From Patescibacteria group bacterium (GTDB lineage Bacteria > Patescibacteriota > Patescibacteriia > Patescibacteriales > BM507), in contig JAQIDC010000028.1 of assembly GCA_027858235.1 (NCBI GenBank), positions 77,184 through 137,242 of the forward strand: a DNA stretch of 60,059 bases. Direction: 5' to 3'. This document shows positions 16,038 through 24,745 of the stretch, one piece after another (position 1 is the first letter of the stretch; each line of letters begins with the position of its first letter). The notes beneath the pieces are model-generated. The model made no database searches, was not told where the DNA came from, and saw only the letters and a list, made by a program, of their open reading frames with translations. Both the position numbers and the translations under genes were made by a program.

Positions 16038-17537
16038 TTAACTTAATTCTCCCGTGTCTAAACAAAACTCTCTTTTTGAATCAGAGTGTCCTATTGGAAC
16101 ATACGGTGCCAAAACAAATATTGGTCTAACTCCTGCTCCAAATGGGTCTTTTTCAATTGACTCATCAACCTCAATCGCCTGATGATCAATTTCCTCTGAT
16201 GCTAAACCTACTTCCTCATTAACTTGAGCCGTCTGATAATCAAGATAATATTTTTTTAAAACCGCATCAGCATTTAAAGAAACTTTTTTATTTTCACCCA
16301 CTAATAAACTCTGTAAAAATGAAATCATTCCTAAAGTTTTAAGTGTGGCTAATTCAGCTGTCCATTCTCCCTCGGTAGCAGTAAACATTTTGAGGCTAAC
16401 TCGCATAATCAAAAAGTTTTCATTTATACTTCTGCTAGTCAAATTGATACCTATAGTCTGCCCTGAACTTAAACCACTTACATACGTTCTAAATCCTCCC
16501 TCTCTGATTGTATTGGCATATGCTGACAGTTGAGCCTCGCCATATTGCTTTGCCTCATTTGCTGTCTTTATACTTTTGTCAATTTTTTTAAATTCAAATC
16601 TCCCATACTTTGAAATACTGGCATTGTCTTCAACCTGCGCCATAATCGGAATTAAATAATATCCGCTTACCTCTATCGAATCTCCACCAATTGGAGGATT
16701 AACAAATCTGACATATTTCTCGTTATAACTCCAAAGACAGTCATAATTTTCGTCATTATTTAAAAACTCAACTCCCACTGCCACCTCTACGCTATTCACT
16801 AAAACTGTTGGCTTTTTTGAAAACTTATAATCAGTGGCAAAACTTTTCTGATTCCCATCTCCATCATGAATTTTAGTTCTTTCATTATCTGAAGTAATTT
16901 CACCACCCTCAATTATTACTACATTTCTAAGTTGACTTAAATCATTCTCAATACTTAAACTGTCTCGGATATAATTATTACCACCATCAGCAATATTAAA
17001 TGGTGCTGGCTCATCATTTTTAGCAAAAAAATGAATATCATTGTCATAGTCTATATACCAGCTATAATTAAACAATTCACAAAGCTCACTTAAGCATTTG
17101 CTGACACTCAAATTATTAAATACAACCACCGTAACTTCTAAATTACAATTAACATTATTGTAAGTAATACTTGACCCAGCCAAATAATTGTCTACGATAT
17201 ATGAAATAATTTCATTGACTGTTTTATCTTCGAATCTATCAATAACCAAAATCCTGTCTAAATCCAAAGTATAGTCCTTGGTTTCAATTTCATAATAAAC
17301 AACATCACCCTCGGCATAGTTTCCCACTCTAATAATCTTGCCAGCAAATATTTTTGTTAACCCGTCAAAAACTTCTACGGTGTCACTAATTTCTGGCTTA
17401 TAGCTTTGCCCTTCAAAAACCTTAATTGTAAAATTGCATAAATTTGGCTGTTCGTTAATATTATCTTCAATCCCAAAGCTCTCCCAGTCAACTAAGTTCG
17501 TTTTTTCTTCATTGTTTATTTTTACTGCTATATTCAT
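16038..17537 (-). CDS. Phage distal tail / tail-tip protein
   Basis: 499-aa ORF immediately downstream of the tape measure gene, the canonical Dit/Tal position. Confidence 0.55.
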   Translation of the reverse strand: MNIAVKINNEEKTNLVDWESFGIEDNINEQPNLCNFTIKVFEGQSYKPEISDTVEVFDGLTKIFAGKIIRVGNYAEGDVVYYEIETKDYTLDLDRILVIDRFEDKTVNEIISYIVDNYLAGSSITYNNVNCNLEVTVVVFNNLSVSKCLSELCELFNYSWYIDYDNDIHFFAKNDEPAPFNIADGGNNYIRDSLSIENDLSQLRNVVIIEGGEITSDNERTKIHDGDGNQKSFATDYKFSKKPTVLVNSVEVAVGVEFLNNDENYDCLWSYNEKYVRFVNPPIGGDSIEVSGYYLIPIMAQVEDNASISKYGRFEFKKIDKSIKTANEAKQYGEAQLSAYANTIREGGFRTYVSGLSSGQTIGINLTSRSINENFLIMRVSLKMFTATEGEWTAELATLKTLGMISFLQSLLVGENKKVSLNADAVLKKYYLDYQTAQVNEEVGLASEEIDHQAIEVDESIEKDPFGAGVRPIFVLAPYVPIGHSDSKREFCLDTGELS

Positions 17538-17538
17538 A

Positions 17539-19179
17539 TCAACCTAATAGATTACTTGTCTTTAATTTTCTGATCATCAAGTCACCAATTCTCTCTGCTC
17601 CTTTTCTGTCCATTATTGTATTACCTGAAATATTTACATTAATAATATTCCCCCTGCCTCCCAGTCTATTATTTGGAATAATATTGCCATTATTCCCTGG
17701 GACAAATAACTCCGGGCCCTGCTCTCCCACTAAATATGCTTTACTTGGACTTACAAAACCTCCTGTCGCTCTAGCACCACCAAAACCCAAGGTATTGCCA
17801 ATCGCATTTTTTGCACCCTGCACTATATTTAATCTCTTAATACTATTAATAAGCTTATCTATCCAGCCGACTACTTTCGATATTGAGGTAGTGGTTGCAT
17901 CCCAAATTCCCTTAAACTTTTCAATACCTGTATTAGCCCCCTCAATAATTCTTGTTAATGTCTGAATTAATACAATTAAACTAACTTCCAGTATTTTGAC
18001 CACGGCAATTAAAGCACCTAATAGTATTACTCCGATAACTTGGGCAAACACTTCTAAAAACGGCTTAAGCGGTTCTAGTGCCTCCCACAACTTTTGTAAT
18101 TCAGGCAGTAAATTCTCCTTAAAAACTAATGCAATATTTTCCCATGATGTTCTAAATATTGTAAGCAAGCTTTTATACTTTGTTACAATATCAATTCCAG
18201 TTTTTACCATATCAACAAAACTTTTTGAAATATCAATAACTGTCTTAATAGTGGTCTTTAATGCCTCAAATGATTTTAATAATACTTGTCCGATTATGTC
18301 AGCTGTCTCTTTAAGTTGCGGATTGATTTCATTTTCTTCAGTAAAGGCCCATTCCCTAAAACTCTTGATTGATTTATAGACATACTCAATCATCGGCTTC
18401 ATGGCATTATCAAGCATGTCTCCCAAAATAAGTTTTAAACTAACAATTCCGTCTTTTACCGAATTAGACATTTTATACCAACTACCCATTGCCTCGGTAT
18501 ATGATCCCTCCATTCTGGTTGCTTCGCCTATAATAGCGTTATACATTGCTTGTGTTTTTTGAGCATATGTTAATTCACTAGTTTTGATTCCCAGTTCACT
18601 TGAAACATCTTTATAAACTTTGATCAAATTCATCTCTATCCCATATTCACTTAATAGCTCTGGCCTAAGCTTAACAACAGCTTGCATCATCGCCTTGATT
18701 GCATCATTTGAATTTTTGTTTGAAGCGGCTGCAACATCTCTACCTCTGGCCACAATTTCCAATGCCTGCTTTTCACTCATGTTCGTCATGATCGCAGTCT
18801 TGGTTAATTCAATCGATGTCAACATGTCTTTATTTTCCATTCGAATACTTTTCACTAGTGCGTCAATTTGTTTTTTTGTCCAGTTATTATTTTCTCCTAA
18901 TTTATATATAACTGCTTTAGATTGTCCCAATTGACCAGTTAAACTTATACTCTCCTTGATAAGCCCTGACAATCCACTAGCAAGTCTACTTACCGTGCCA
19001 ACTATTGCTCCATAAGCTAAATTACCAACTGTAACCGCCTTGGCCATAGAACCAAAAGAGCCAGATGATTTATTAACCTCACCTGTCATGTCGCCCATTG
19101 CCTTGCCTACTTTTTTTATTTCAGAGCTGGCATTGTCAACGGCTTTTAATATAATTTGCAACTCCTTGTTATTTGCCAT
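17539..19179 (-). CDS. Tail tape measure protein
   Basis: 546 aa, mostly helical, with a hydrophobic segment (VIGVILLGALIAVVKILEVSLIVLI) and a C-terminal ..GFGGARATGGFVSPSKAYLVGEQGPELFVP.. motif typical of tape measure proteins. Follows the chaperone pair. Confidence 0.8.
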   Translation of the reverse strand: MANNKELQIILKAVDNASSEIKKVGKAMGDMTGEVNKSSGSFGSMAKAVTVGNLAYGAIVGTVSRLASGLSGLIKESISLTGQLGQSKAVIYKLGENNNWTKKQIDALVKSIRMENKDMLTSIELTKTAIMTNMSEKQALEIVARGRDVAAASNKNSNDAIKAMMQAVVKLRPELLSEYGIEMNLIKVYKDVSSELGIKTSELTYAQKTQAMYNAIIGEATRMEGSYTEAMGSWYKMSNSVKDGIVSLKLILGDMLDNAMKPMIEYVYKSIKSFREWAFTEENEINPQLKETADIIGQVLLKSFEALKTTIKTVIDISKSFVDMVKTGIDIVTKYKSLLTIFRTSWENIALVFKENLLPELQKLWEALEPLKPFLEVFAQVIGVILLGALIAVVKILEVSLIVLIQTLTRIIEGANTGIEKFKGIWDATTTSISKVVGWIDKLINSIKRLNIVQGAKNAIGNTLGFGGARATGGFVSPSKAYLVGEQGPELFVPGNNGNIIPNNRLGGRGNIINVNISGNTIMDRKGAERIGDLMIRKLKTSNLLG

Positions 19180-19650
19180 TTTGTTTTTTGTTTCTTTCGC
19201 TAATATAAATTAGCACCTCGTTTATAAACTCCCATCTCTGTGATTTAAACTCATGTTCAGTCCAGCCCAACTCGGCACAGAAGAAAGCCCTGATAGCCTT
19301 GAAGCTACTATCACCAAACCGCACGAATCTGGCTATCTCGTACCTTGCGGATTGGCTTGTGCTAAAAAATCTTTTACAAAATTTAAGCTCTCTTGTATGA
19401 ATTTAATATCATCAATGCTAAACAAATTTACATTTTCAACAGTTACTGGCAATTTTTTATCATTATCATCTGTTGCATCCCAATCCTCAATAATTCTAGT
19501 AAGTAAAACCAAAATCTGTCTTATATCGCTTTTTTCTTTTTCAATCTCCTCAATATCCTGAGCTAACACCCCATCTCGCACTTTGACTGTAATTCCACTT
19601 TTGGGAAGTTTTATATTTTTTATTTCTCTTAAATCTTTAAGTATTGGCAT
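19169..19650 (-). CDS. Tail assembly chaperone, long isoform made by a -1 programmed frameshift (gpGT-like)
   Basis: The -1 frame downstream of the slippery site is open for 64 codons (..STSQSARYEIARFVRFGDSSFKAIRAFFCAELGWTEHEFKSQRWEFINEVLIYISERNKKQNGK). It has no start codon of its own and ends at TAA 19169-19171, overlapping the tape measure start. Confidence 0.5.
19333..19650 (-). CDS. Tail assembly chaperone (gpG-like short form)
   Basis: 105-aa acidic ORF between the major tail and tape measure genes. Confidence 0.65.
   Translation of the reverse strand: MPILKDLREIKNIKLPKSGITVKVRDGVLAQDIEEIEKEKSDIRQILVLLTRIIEDWDATDDNDKKLPVTVENVNLFSIDDIKFIQESLNFVKDFLAQANPQGTR
19363..19369 (-). promoter_or_regulatory. 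-1 ribosomal frameshift slippery heptamer T_TTT_TTA
   Basis: Minus-strand sequence gaT TTT TTA gca is in the zero frame of the chaperone ORF, matching X_XXY_YYZ. It lies 10 codons before the zero-frame stop. Confidence 0.55.
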
Positions 19651-19654
19651 ATAT

Positions 19655-20629
19655 TTAATAACTAGCTTCTTCGTTAGTTAATACTGCGATAATGCTCTTG
19701 GCATCAGCACTTGAATAAAACGCTTTAAAGCCGACCGTTACTTTAGCGATTTCGTTATTGTCTCCAGCAATTAATGGTTCTCTAAATTTTATCTTTGCTA
19801 AATCAATAACAAGTTTTGGATTTGAGCTTGCGCCAATAACATTCGCTGTATTTACAGTCTCCAACCTCATCACTTTTTTATTTCCATTCAAAGCATAATC
19901 CATTAAATCAGTATTCTTAAAAAACATTTCAATATTACCCTCAATCGTTAACTGCTTGTTCAAAAAATCATTCGGCTCAATACTCCCAAGCTTGTCATCA
20001 TCTTCAATGTTTTTATTTATGTTTATTTCTACACTTTGTACATCTATTGCACTAGCACCCCCAAGACTTGCCAAATCATCTGCTAGTTTGACATTAATAT
20101 CTTTGCCCAGAAAATAATTCTCTGTAACATAGGCTGGTATATTTGTCGCTGGTACGCCCGACTTGCCTCTGACTGCTACTTCAAACTTGAGATAGTCTTT
20201 AGCAACTGCGTTCAACTTAAGTGTTTCAATTACTGAATTAGTATAAACCTTTTGTTCATTATCTCCCCTTTTAACCTCAAGGCTTAAAGTTGGATGTTTG
20301 GCTGACTGTAATACCTCAAAATTATGGTCATAAACTCCAGTATCTACTGACTCCACTGATATAACACTACCCAGTGTAGCCAGCATTATAAGTCCAAAGC
20401 TTTTATCAAAAACTTCACCAGCAATGGTGCCACCGCTCATTTTTTTACTAATCTCTTGATCTTCACTATCCTCAATTACCCCCACAGCTCGTTCACTCAC
20501 TGCAACTTCAATTTTTTCATTTACATCCTCTGACAATGGTTTAAGCCAATAGGTTGGGGCAACAACCGTCCCTCGCACAGTTTCTCGACCAATACCAATA
20601 TTAAATTTTCTTTTTAATGTTTCTGTCAT
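19655..20629 (-). CDS. Major tail (tube) protein
   Basis: 324-aa ORF directly upstream of the chaperone and tape measure genes. Positional call. Confidence 0.6.
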   Translation of the reverse strand: MTETLKRKFNIGIGRETVRGTVVAPTYWLKPLSEDVNEKIEVAVSERAVGVIEDSEDQEISKKMSGGTIAGEVFDKSFGLIMLATLGSVISVESVDTGVYDHNFEVLQSAKHPTLSLEVKRGDNEQKVYTNSVIETLKLNAVAKDYLKFEVAVRGKSGVPATNIPAYVTENYFLGKDINVKLADDLASLGGASAIDVQSVEININKNIEDDDKLGSIEPNDFLNKQLTIEGNIEMFFKNTDLMDYALNGNKKVMRLETVNTANVIGASSNPKLVIDLAKIKFREPLIAGDNNEIAKVTVGFKAFYSSADAKSIIAVLTNEEASY

Positions 20630-20634
20630 ATGTT

Positions 20635-20820
20635 TTATTCTTTATTTAATTTTTTAAACTTTTCATCTGCCTCCTCCTTTGATTTGGCTTTTATAGTAAC
20701 TTTGCCAGGATAATTAAATTCTTGCTCTATTGAGCCATTTATTTCTTTATCCTCAATTTTAGTGTCTGGCTTATTCGGACGAATACTTTTGTCCTCGATT
20801 TGTGATTTTTTCATAGACAT
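20635..20820 (-). CDS. Hypothetical small phage protein
   Basis: 61-aa K/E-rich ORF. Confidence 0.35.
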   Translation of the reverse strand: MSMKKSQIEDKSIRPNKPDTKIEDKEINGSIEQEFNYPGKVTIKAKSKEEADEKFKKLNKE

Positions 20821-20827
20821 AATAGTT

Positions 20828-21238
20828 TTATGTTAGTTGTTTAAGTTTTATACAAATTATTTCCATTTCCAGCACCCTCATTAAAAGTTCTCTATCCTCC
20901 CATGTAAAACTGCTGGCTACCTGAACATCATCGCAAGCTCCGCCCAAAGTATCATCGTGATCAAACATATCATCAATTATTTCTGATAAGTTTATAAGCA
21001 AATTTTCTCCGTCTTCTTGACCTCTTGTGTTTTCGTTTATCTCTTGAAGTATCTGCAATTTAAATTTATAAATCTTTTTTATTGTTTTAACGCTCTCTCT
21101 CACTTTTTCATTTTCACTGCCTAAAATAATTGCAACAGGATATTTGGTAAAATGACCTTTATTGTATTTGTAGACCTCCTTTAAATCCTCAATACTACTA
21201 AGCTTGTTATAAATTGCGTTTAAAATATTATTTCTCAT
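20828..21238 (-). CDS. Tail terminator / tail completion protein (positional)
   Basis: 136-aa ORF between the gp10-like gene and the tail tube gene. Confidence 0.45.
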   Translation of the reverse strand: MRNNILNAIYNKLSSIEDLKEVYKYNKGHFTKYPVAIILGSENEKVRESVKTIKKIYKFKLQILQEINENTRGQEDGENLLINLSEIIDDMFDHDDTLGGACDDVQVASSFTWEDRELLMRVLEMEIICIKLKQLT

Positions 21239-21696
21239 AATCTTTTGATTATTTTTTCTAATACATCAACAAATATTTTTCTTACTTTTATATTTGTCAT
21301 GTTCACAGTCCTGTCAACAAACGGATTAGCTTTTGTTCCTTTACGCATAATTGATTTTTGTAATGCATATGGGTTGATTCCTTTTTTTATTGCCCAAATT
21401 CTAAGCGGTGACCTAGGGCTACTCACTGGCACATAGTGTGGTCTTGTTCCCTCATGAACCGATATAGCATATTTTTTCTTTGGAACTATTATTATGCTAT
21501 TTTTTGTTAGCCTCATTCCTATGCTTTGACGTAAATGGTTGCTAACACCAATCGGAACCTCCCTTTTTTCAGTACCGACAATAAGCTTGCCCGACTTTAA
21601 CAATCCTTTGTTTATTTCCTGATTAGAAACTACCGGGTACATTTTAAAAACTTCTCTAATCTCGTTTAAATTTTCAATCTCAATCTCAAATGGCAT
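21235..21696 (-). CDS. HK97 gp10-family head-tail joining protein
   Basis: 153 aa. ..VSNHLRQSI.. and ..YAISVHEGT.. resemble the gp10-family pattern. Position fits. Confidence 0.55.
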   Translation of the reverse strand: MPFEIEIENLNEIREVFKMYPVVSNQEINKGLLKSGKLIVGTEKREVPIGVSNHLRQSIGMRLTKNSIIIVPKKKYAISVHEGTRPHYVPVSSPRSPLRIWAIKKGINPYALQKSIMRKGTKANPFVDRTVNMTNIKVRKIFVDVLEKIIKRL

Positions 21697-21697
21697 A

Positions 21698-22006
21698 TTA
21701 ATTATTTGGCTTTATAATTATCGCCTCAATTCTGGACAATGAACGATATTCAATTTTTTTTAAATTTTTAACTATATACGCTTGTCCATCGCATTCAATT
21801 TTATCTGCCTCTCTGATATCCGAATATAGTTCTGCATACAATTTAGACATCTCGGCCGGGTTTCCCTCGCTTATCATCAAATCTTCTGCCTTGATAGACA
21901 TAATGACTCCATTGATATCATTTATTCTTTCATATTCCTCGGTTTTCTTTTCTACGTCGCTTACCAGTCTATAAACCGCTATAATCTTTTCAAAAGCAAA
22001 TCTCAT
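21698..22006 (-). CDS. Head closure / head-tail adaptor protein (positional)
   Basis: 102-aa ORF. ATGA-type overlap with the upstream connector gene. Confidence 0.5.
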   Translation of the reverse strand: MRFAFEKIIAVYRLVSDVEKKTEEYERINDINGVIMSIKAEDLMISEGNPAEMSKLYAELYSDIREADKIECDGQAYIVKNLKKIEYRSLSRIEAIIIKPNN

Positions 22007-22542
22007 ATATTGAACTTTTTATACTTTGATAATATTGCCAAAATATCCTGTGACAAATAACTCTCCCAAGTAACACCTGCATCTCCTAAATTTTCCATTT
22101 TAATTCCATCACTCTTCCTTTTATTCCATAAGGCCCCAACCATTCTAAGAATGGCCAGTTTTAAATCTTTTGGCAGATCAGCTGTTGTAAACCCAGCCTT
22201 ATAACTTATTTTGTAATTTCTCTCACCTCCGATAACTTGATCCAGTTTTATAATCCCTTCGCGCGGATAAAGGGTATATTTACTATCAGGAGTATCAATC
22301 CACGATCCATCTTTTTCCCGTTGAACTACCAAAGTCTTAATATTTAAGCTATTCTCAAGAAAAATATCATCATCTATTTCGTACCCGTCAAAATATTCGA
22401 CTACATCATCTTCCTTAATTTTATTGTTAGCTATAGCCTCGATCCATCTAACTGCTCCCGAAATCAAAACCTCTATGACATCGTCATAGTTACTCGTATT
22501 CAAGCTTATATACAATTTGAAATCATCTGCAGTTATTAGCAT
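22003..22542 (-). CDS. gp6-like head-tail connector protein
   Basis: 179-aa ORF. The N-terminal ..ITADDFKLYI..NTSNYDDVIEVLISGAVRWIE.. is typical of gp6-like connectors. Confidence 0.55.
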   Translation of the reverse strand: MLITADDFKLYISLNTSNYDDVIEVLISGAVRWIEAIANNKIKEDDVVEYFDGYEIDDDIFLENSLNIKTLVVQREKDGSWIDTPDSKYTLYPREGIIKLDQVIGGERNYKISYKAGFTTADLPKDLKLAILRMVGALWNKRKSDGIKMENLGDAGVTWESYLSQDILAILSKYKKFNI

Positions 22543-22548
22543 AGTACT

Positions 22549-22785
22549 TTAGATTTTTTGACAAACTTTTTTCTTAATTAACTCCTTAGCCTCTTCTGGA
22601 TCAAGCCCGGCTTTCTCTCCCTTGATATAAGGAGTATAACTTCTTAGAAATTCCACGCTTGTCATTTTTTTTGACTTAGTGTTATCTTTTTTATTTTTGT
22701 TTTCTTCGTTGTTTTTGTTCTCCTCCTTATTTTTATTTTCCTCCTGATTTTCGCCTTGTTCTTGTGTCTTGTTTTCTTTTGACAT
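22549..22785 (-). CDS. Hypothetical protein with a low-complexity E/N/K N-terminus
   Basis: 78-aa ORF after the capsid gene. Confidence 0.4.
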   Translation of the reverse strand: MSKENKTQEQGENQEENKNKEENKNNEENKNKKDNTKSKKMTSVEFLRSYTPYIKGEKAGLDPEEAKELIKKKVCQKI

Positions 22786-22830
22786 AAATTTTTTGCTTAA
22801 TAGATTAAATTAATTATGTTATTCTCCTTA

Positions 22831-22862
22831 CTCTCCCCCTGCAGTAATTAACAGGGGGAGAG
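22831..22862 (-). terminator. Strong stem-loop just downstream of the major capsid gene (attenuator/terminator candidate)
   Basis: Perfect 11-bp GC-rich stem CTCTCCCCCTG / CAGGGGGAGAG with a 10-nt loop, 20 nt after the capsid stop. No clear U-tract. Confidence 0.4.
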
Positions 22863-22881
22863 TATAGTAAAATAACTATTT

Positions 22882-23952
22882 CTAAACACTTGCATCAACA
22901 ACCCCAGTCAACTTCTTCCCTGCATCTGGCAAAGTATAAACTCCATCAATAGCCTCGGCTACAACCAATTCAGTCTGTAACTTGCTGATAATTTTATCAG
23001 TATCCACAAACATCTGCTCTCCATCCTTAATCCAGTAATACCATGGGTCAAACAACATAATTTCTGTCTCATCTCCTCCCGCTCCAAGATTGGACGGAAT
23101 ATCAACACTTTCATATACTGGACGATTGAATACCGTTTGATCTCTAACGTCAAATATCGGCAAGTCATTCAGATCTTTAAGCTTTCTTAACAACTTCATA
23201 CCCTCTGAAGATGTCATAAACACCGCATTCTGCCTGTACTGCTCGGGTAGTTCATAAAAGAGATTAACTAAATCGTCATAACTAAACTTTACTTTTTCCT
23301 GAGCAATTTCACTAAATCCAGCACTTCTTAATCCTGTTGGTTTTCCAGCACCATCTCCAGCAACAAACGACTGCTCTTCAACATCTCTCATCTTTCTTGA
23401 GCAAAGCTCTCCAATAAAATTAATAATATTAAAGGCTGAAGTGTTCAACAGCTTTCTCGGAATCAACACTCTAGTTGCAAGATAATAATCATACAAGTTC
23501 TTCTTTGAGATTGTCGGGTTACTTTCAGTTATTTCCTCATTCTCATCCACCCAATAAGCAATTACACCAGTACCTTCTAAAGGAAGTTTAAACTCTCCGC
23601 TTAACTTAAAGACAAATGACAACTTTCTCATCTTTGATATCTTGTCCCTCTTGGTCAAAATAAAATCAGCCAATTCAGTTGGAACGGTATGCCCGAATGA
23701 AGCATTGCTTGAGTCAACTGCTTTCTCGTCAACATTGCCCAGACATACATCTTGGATAAATTTAGCTGCTTTAACCATTTTCTCCTCAGTAGTATCTTCT
23801 TTCTTATCCCTAACTCCTGTTTTAATTTCTTTTAATACCTCACTTTTGAAATCAGGCAAGATTTCGTTAACTCCATCTTTAATGATTCCTTTCAAGTCAT
23901 CCATAGTTATTTCTTTAACCTGAGTTTGAATCGTTTCTTTTTCTTTGTTCAT
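22882..23952 (-). CDS. HK97-family major capsid protein
   Basis: 356 aa. Follows the prohead protease. An N-terminal delta-like helical region precedes the capsid body. Confidence 0.85.
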   Translation of the reverse strand: MNKEKETIQTQVKEITMDDLKGIIKDGVNEILPDFKSEVLKEIKTGVRDKKEDTTEEKMVKAAKFIQDVCLGNVDEKAVDSSNASFGHTVPTELADFILTKRDKISKMRKLSFVFKLSGEFKLPLEGTGVIAYWVDENEEITESNPTISKKNLYDYYLATRVLIPRKLLNTSAFNIINFIGELCSRKMRDVEEQSFVAGDGAGKPTGLRSAGFSEIAQEKVKFSYDDLVNLFYELPEQYRQNAVFMTSSEGMKLLRKLKDLNDLPIFDVRDQTVFNRPVYESVDIPSNLGAGGDETEIMLFDPWYYWIKDGEQMFVDTDKIISKLQTELVVAEAIDGVYTLPDAGKKLTGVVDASV

Positions 23953-23978
23953 AATTTTGAAATAAATTAATAATTAAA

Positions 23979-24728
23979 TTACTTCGTTATTCGAAGTATA
24001 AATTCGCAAGCCTTATCTGCTTGCTTTACTGCTTGCCTGATACGGAATATTTTTTTATTATCCGCAAGGACGTCGACCTTTGTCCCTTTTTGATTTACCA
24101 GGGACTTTAAATGTTTAATATACTTATTACTTAATTCAACCCTCTCTGCCTTACCGTTACTAAAATAAATCTTTGCTCTTTTTTTTTCGTAATCAACATC
24201 AATGTAATTCACTTTTTCCAAACTCTTTATATACAATAGTCTTGTCTTCGGATTAGCCCCTGCTAGTACTGGCGACCACTCATAAAGTTTTACTTTTTTA
24301 ATAATTCTGTTATCATTCTCATCCCATTCATAATCTAAAATCTTAAAGCCAATACTGAACTCATCAATTATTCCAAACTTAATATCACTGTATGCCTCTT
24401 TGCCTCTCTGGGTTTCCAAATTAAACTGTGCCCTGATCAATAAACCCTCATCATCCTCTTCAGCTTTTAAAGTCTTGGCTATTGGAATACTCCAATCATG
24501 CATCCACACTCCCTTGGGATATTTAACCTTTAAACTGTCTGCAAATGCCCCACGTTTTATAATATCTCCATCCAAATCAATATTATTGAATATGGATACA
24601 TAGGCCTCAATAATTCCAGCATTCTCGCTTTCTTTCTTGCTTTCCTTTTTTTCAATAATTTTAAATCTAGCCTTAACTCTGACTCTGGTTATTTCATCAT
24701 GTTTTTTATTTTTTTCTTTATTCTTCAT
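23979..24728 (-). CDS. HK97-family prohead (maturation) protease
   Basis: ..IIEAYVSIFNNIDLDGDIIKRGAFADSL.. and ..DEFSIGF.. resemble the S78/U35 protease pattern. Lies between the portal and capsid genes. Confidence 0.8.
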   Translation of the reverse strand: MKNKEKNKKHDEITRVRVKARFKIIEKKESKKESENAGIIEAYVSIFNNIDLDGDIIKRGAFADSLKVKYPKGVWMHDWSIPIAKTLKAEEDDEGLLIRAQFNLETQRGKEAYSDIKFGIIDEFSIGFKILDYEWDENDNRIIKKVKLYEWSPVLAGANPKTRLLYIKSLEKVNYIDVDYEKKRAKIYFSNGKAERVELSNKYIKHLKSLVNQKGTKVDVLADNKKIFRIRQAVKQADKACEFILRITK

Positions 24729-24745
24729 ATTTATAAATTAAATTA

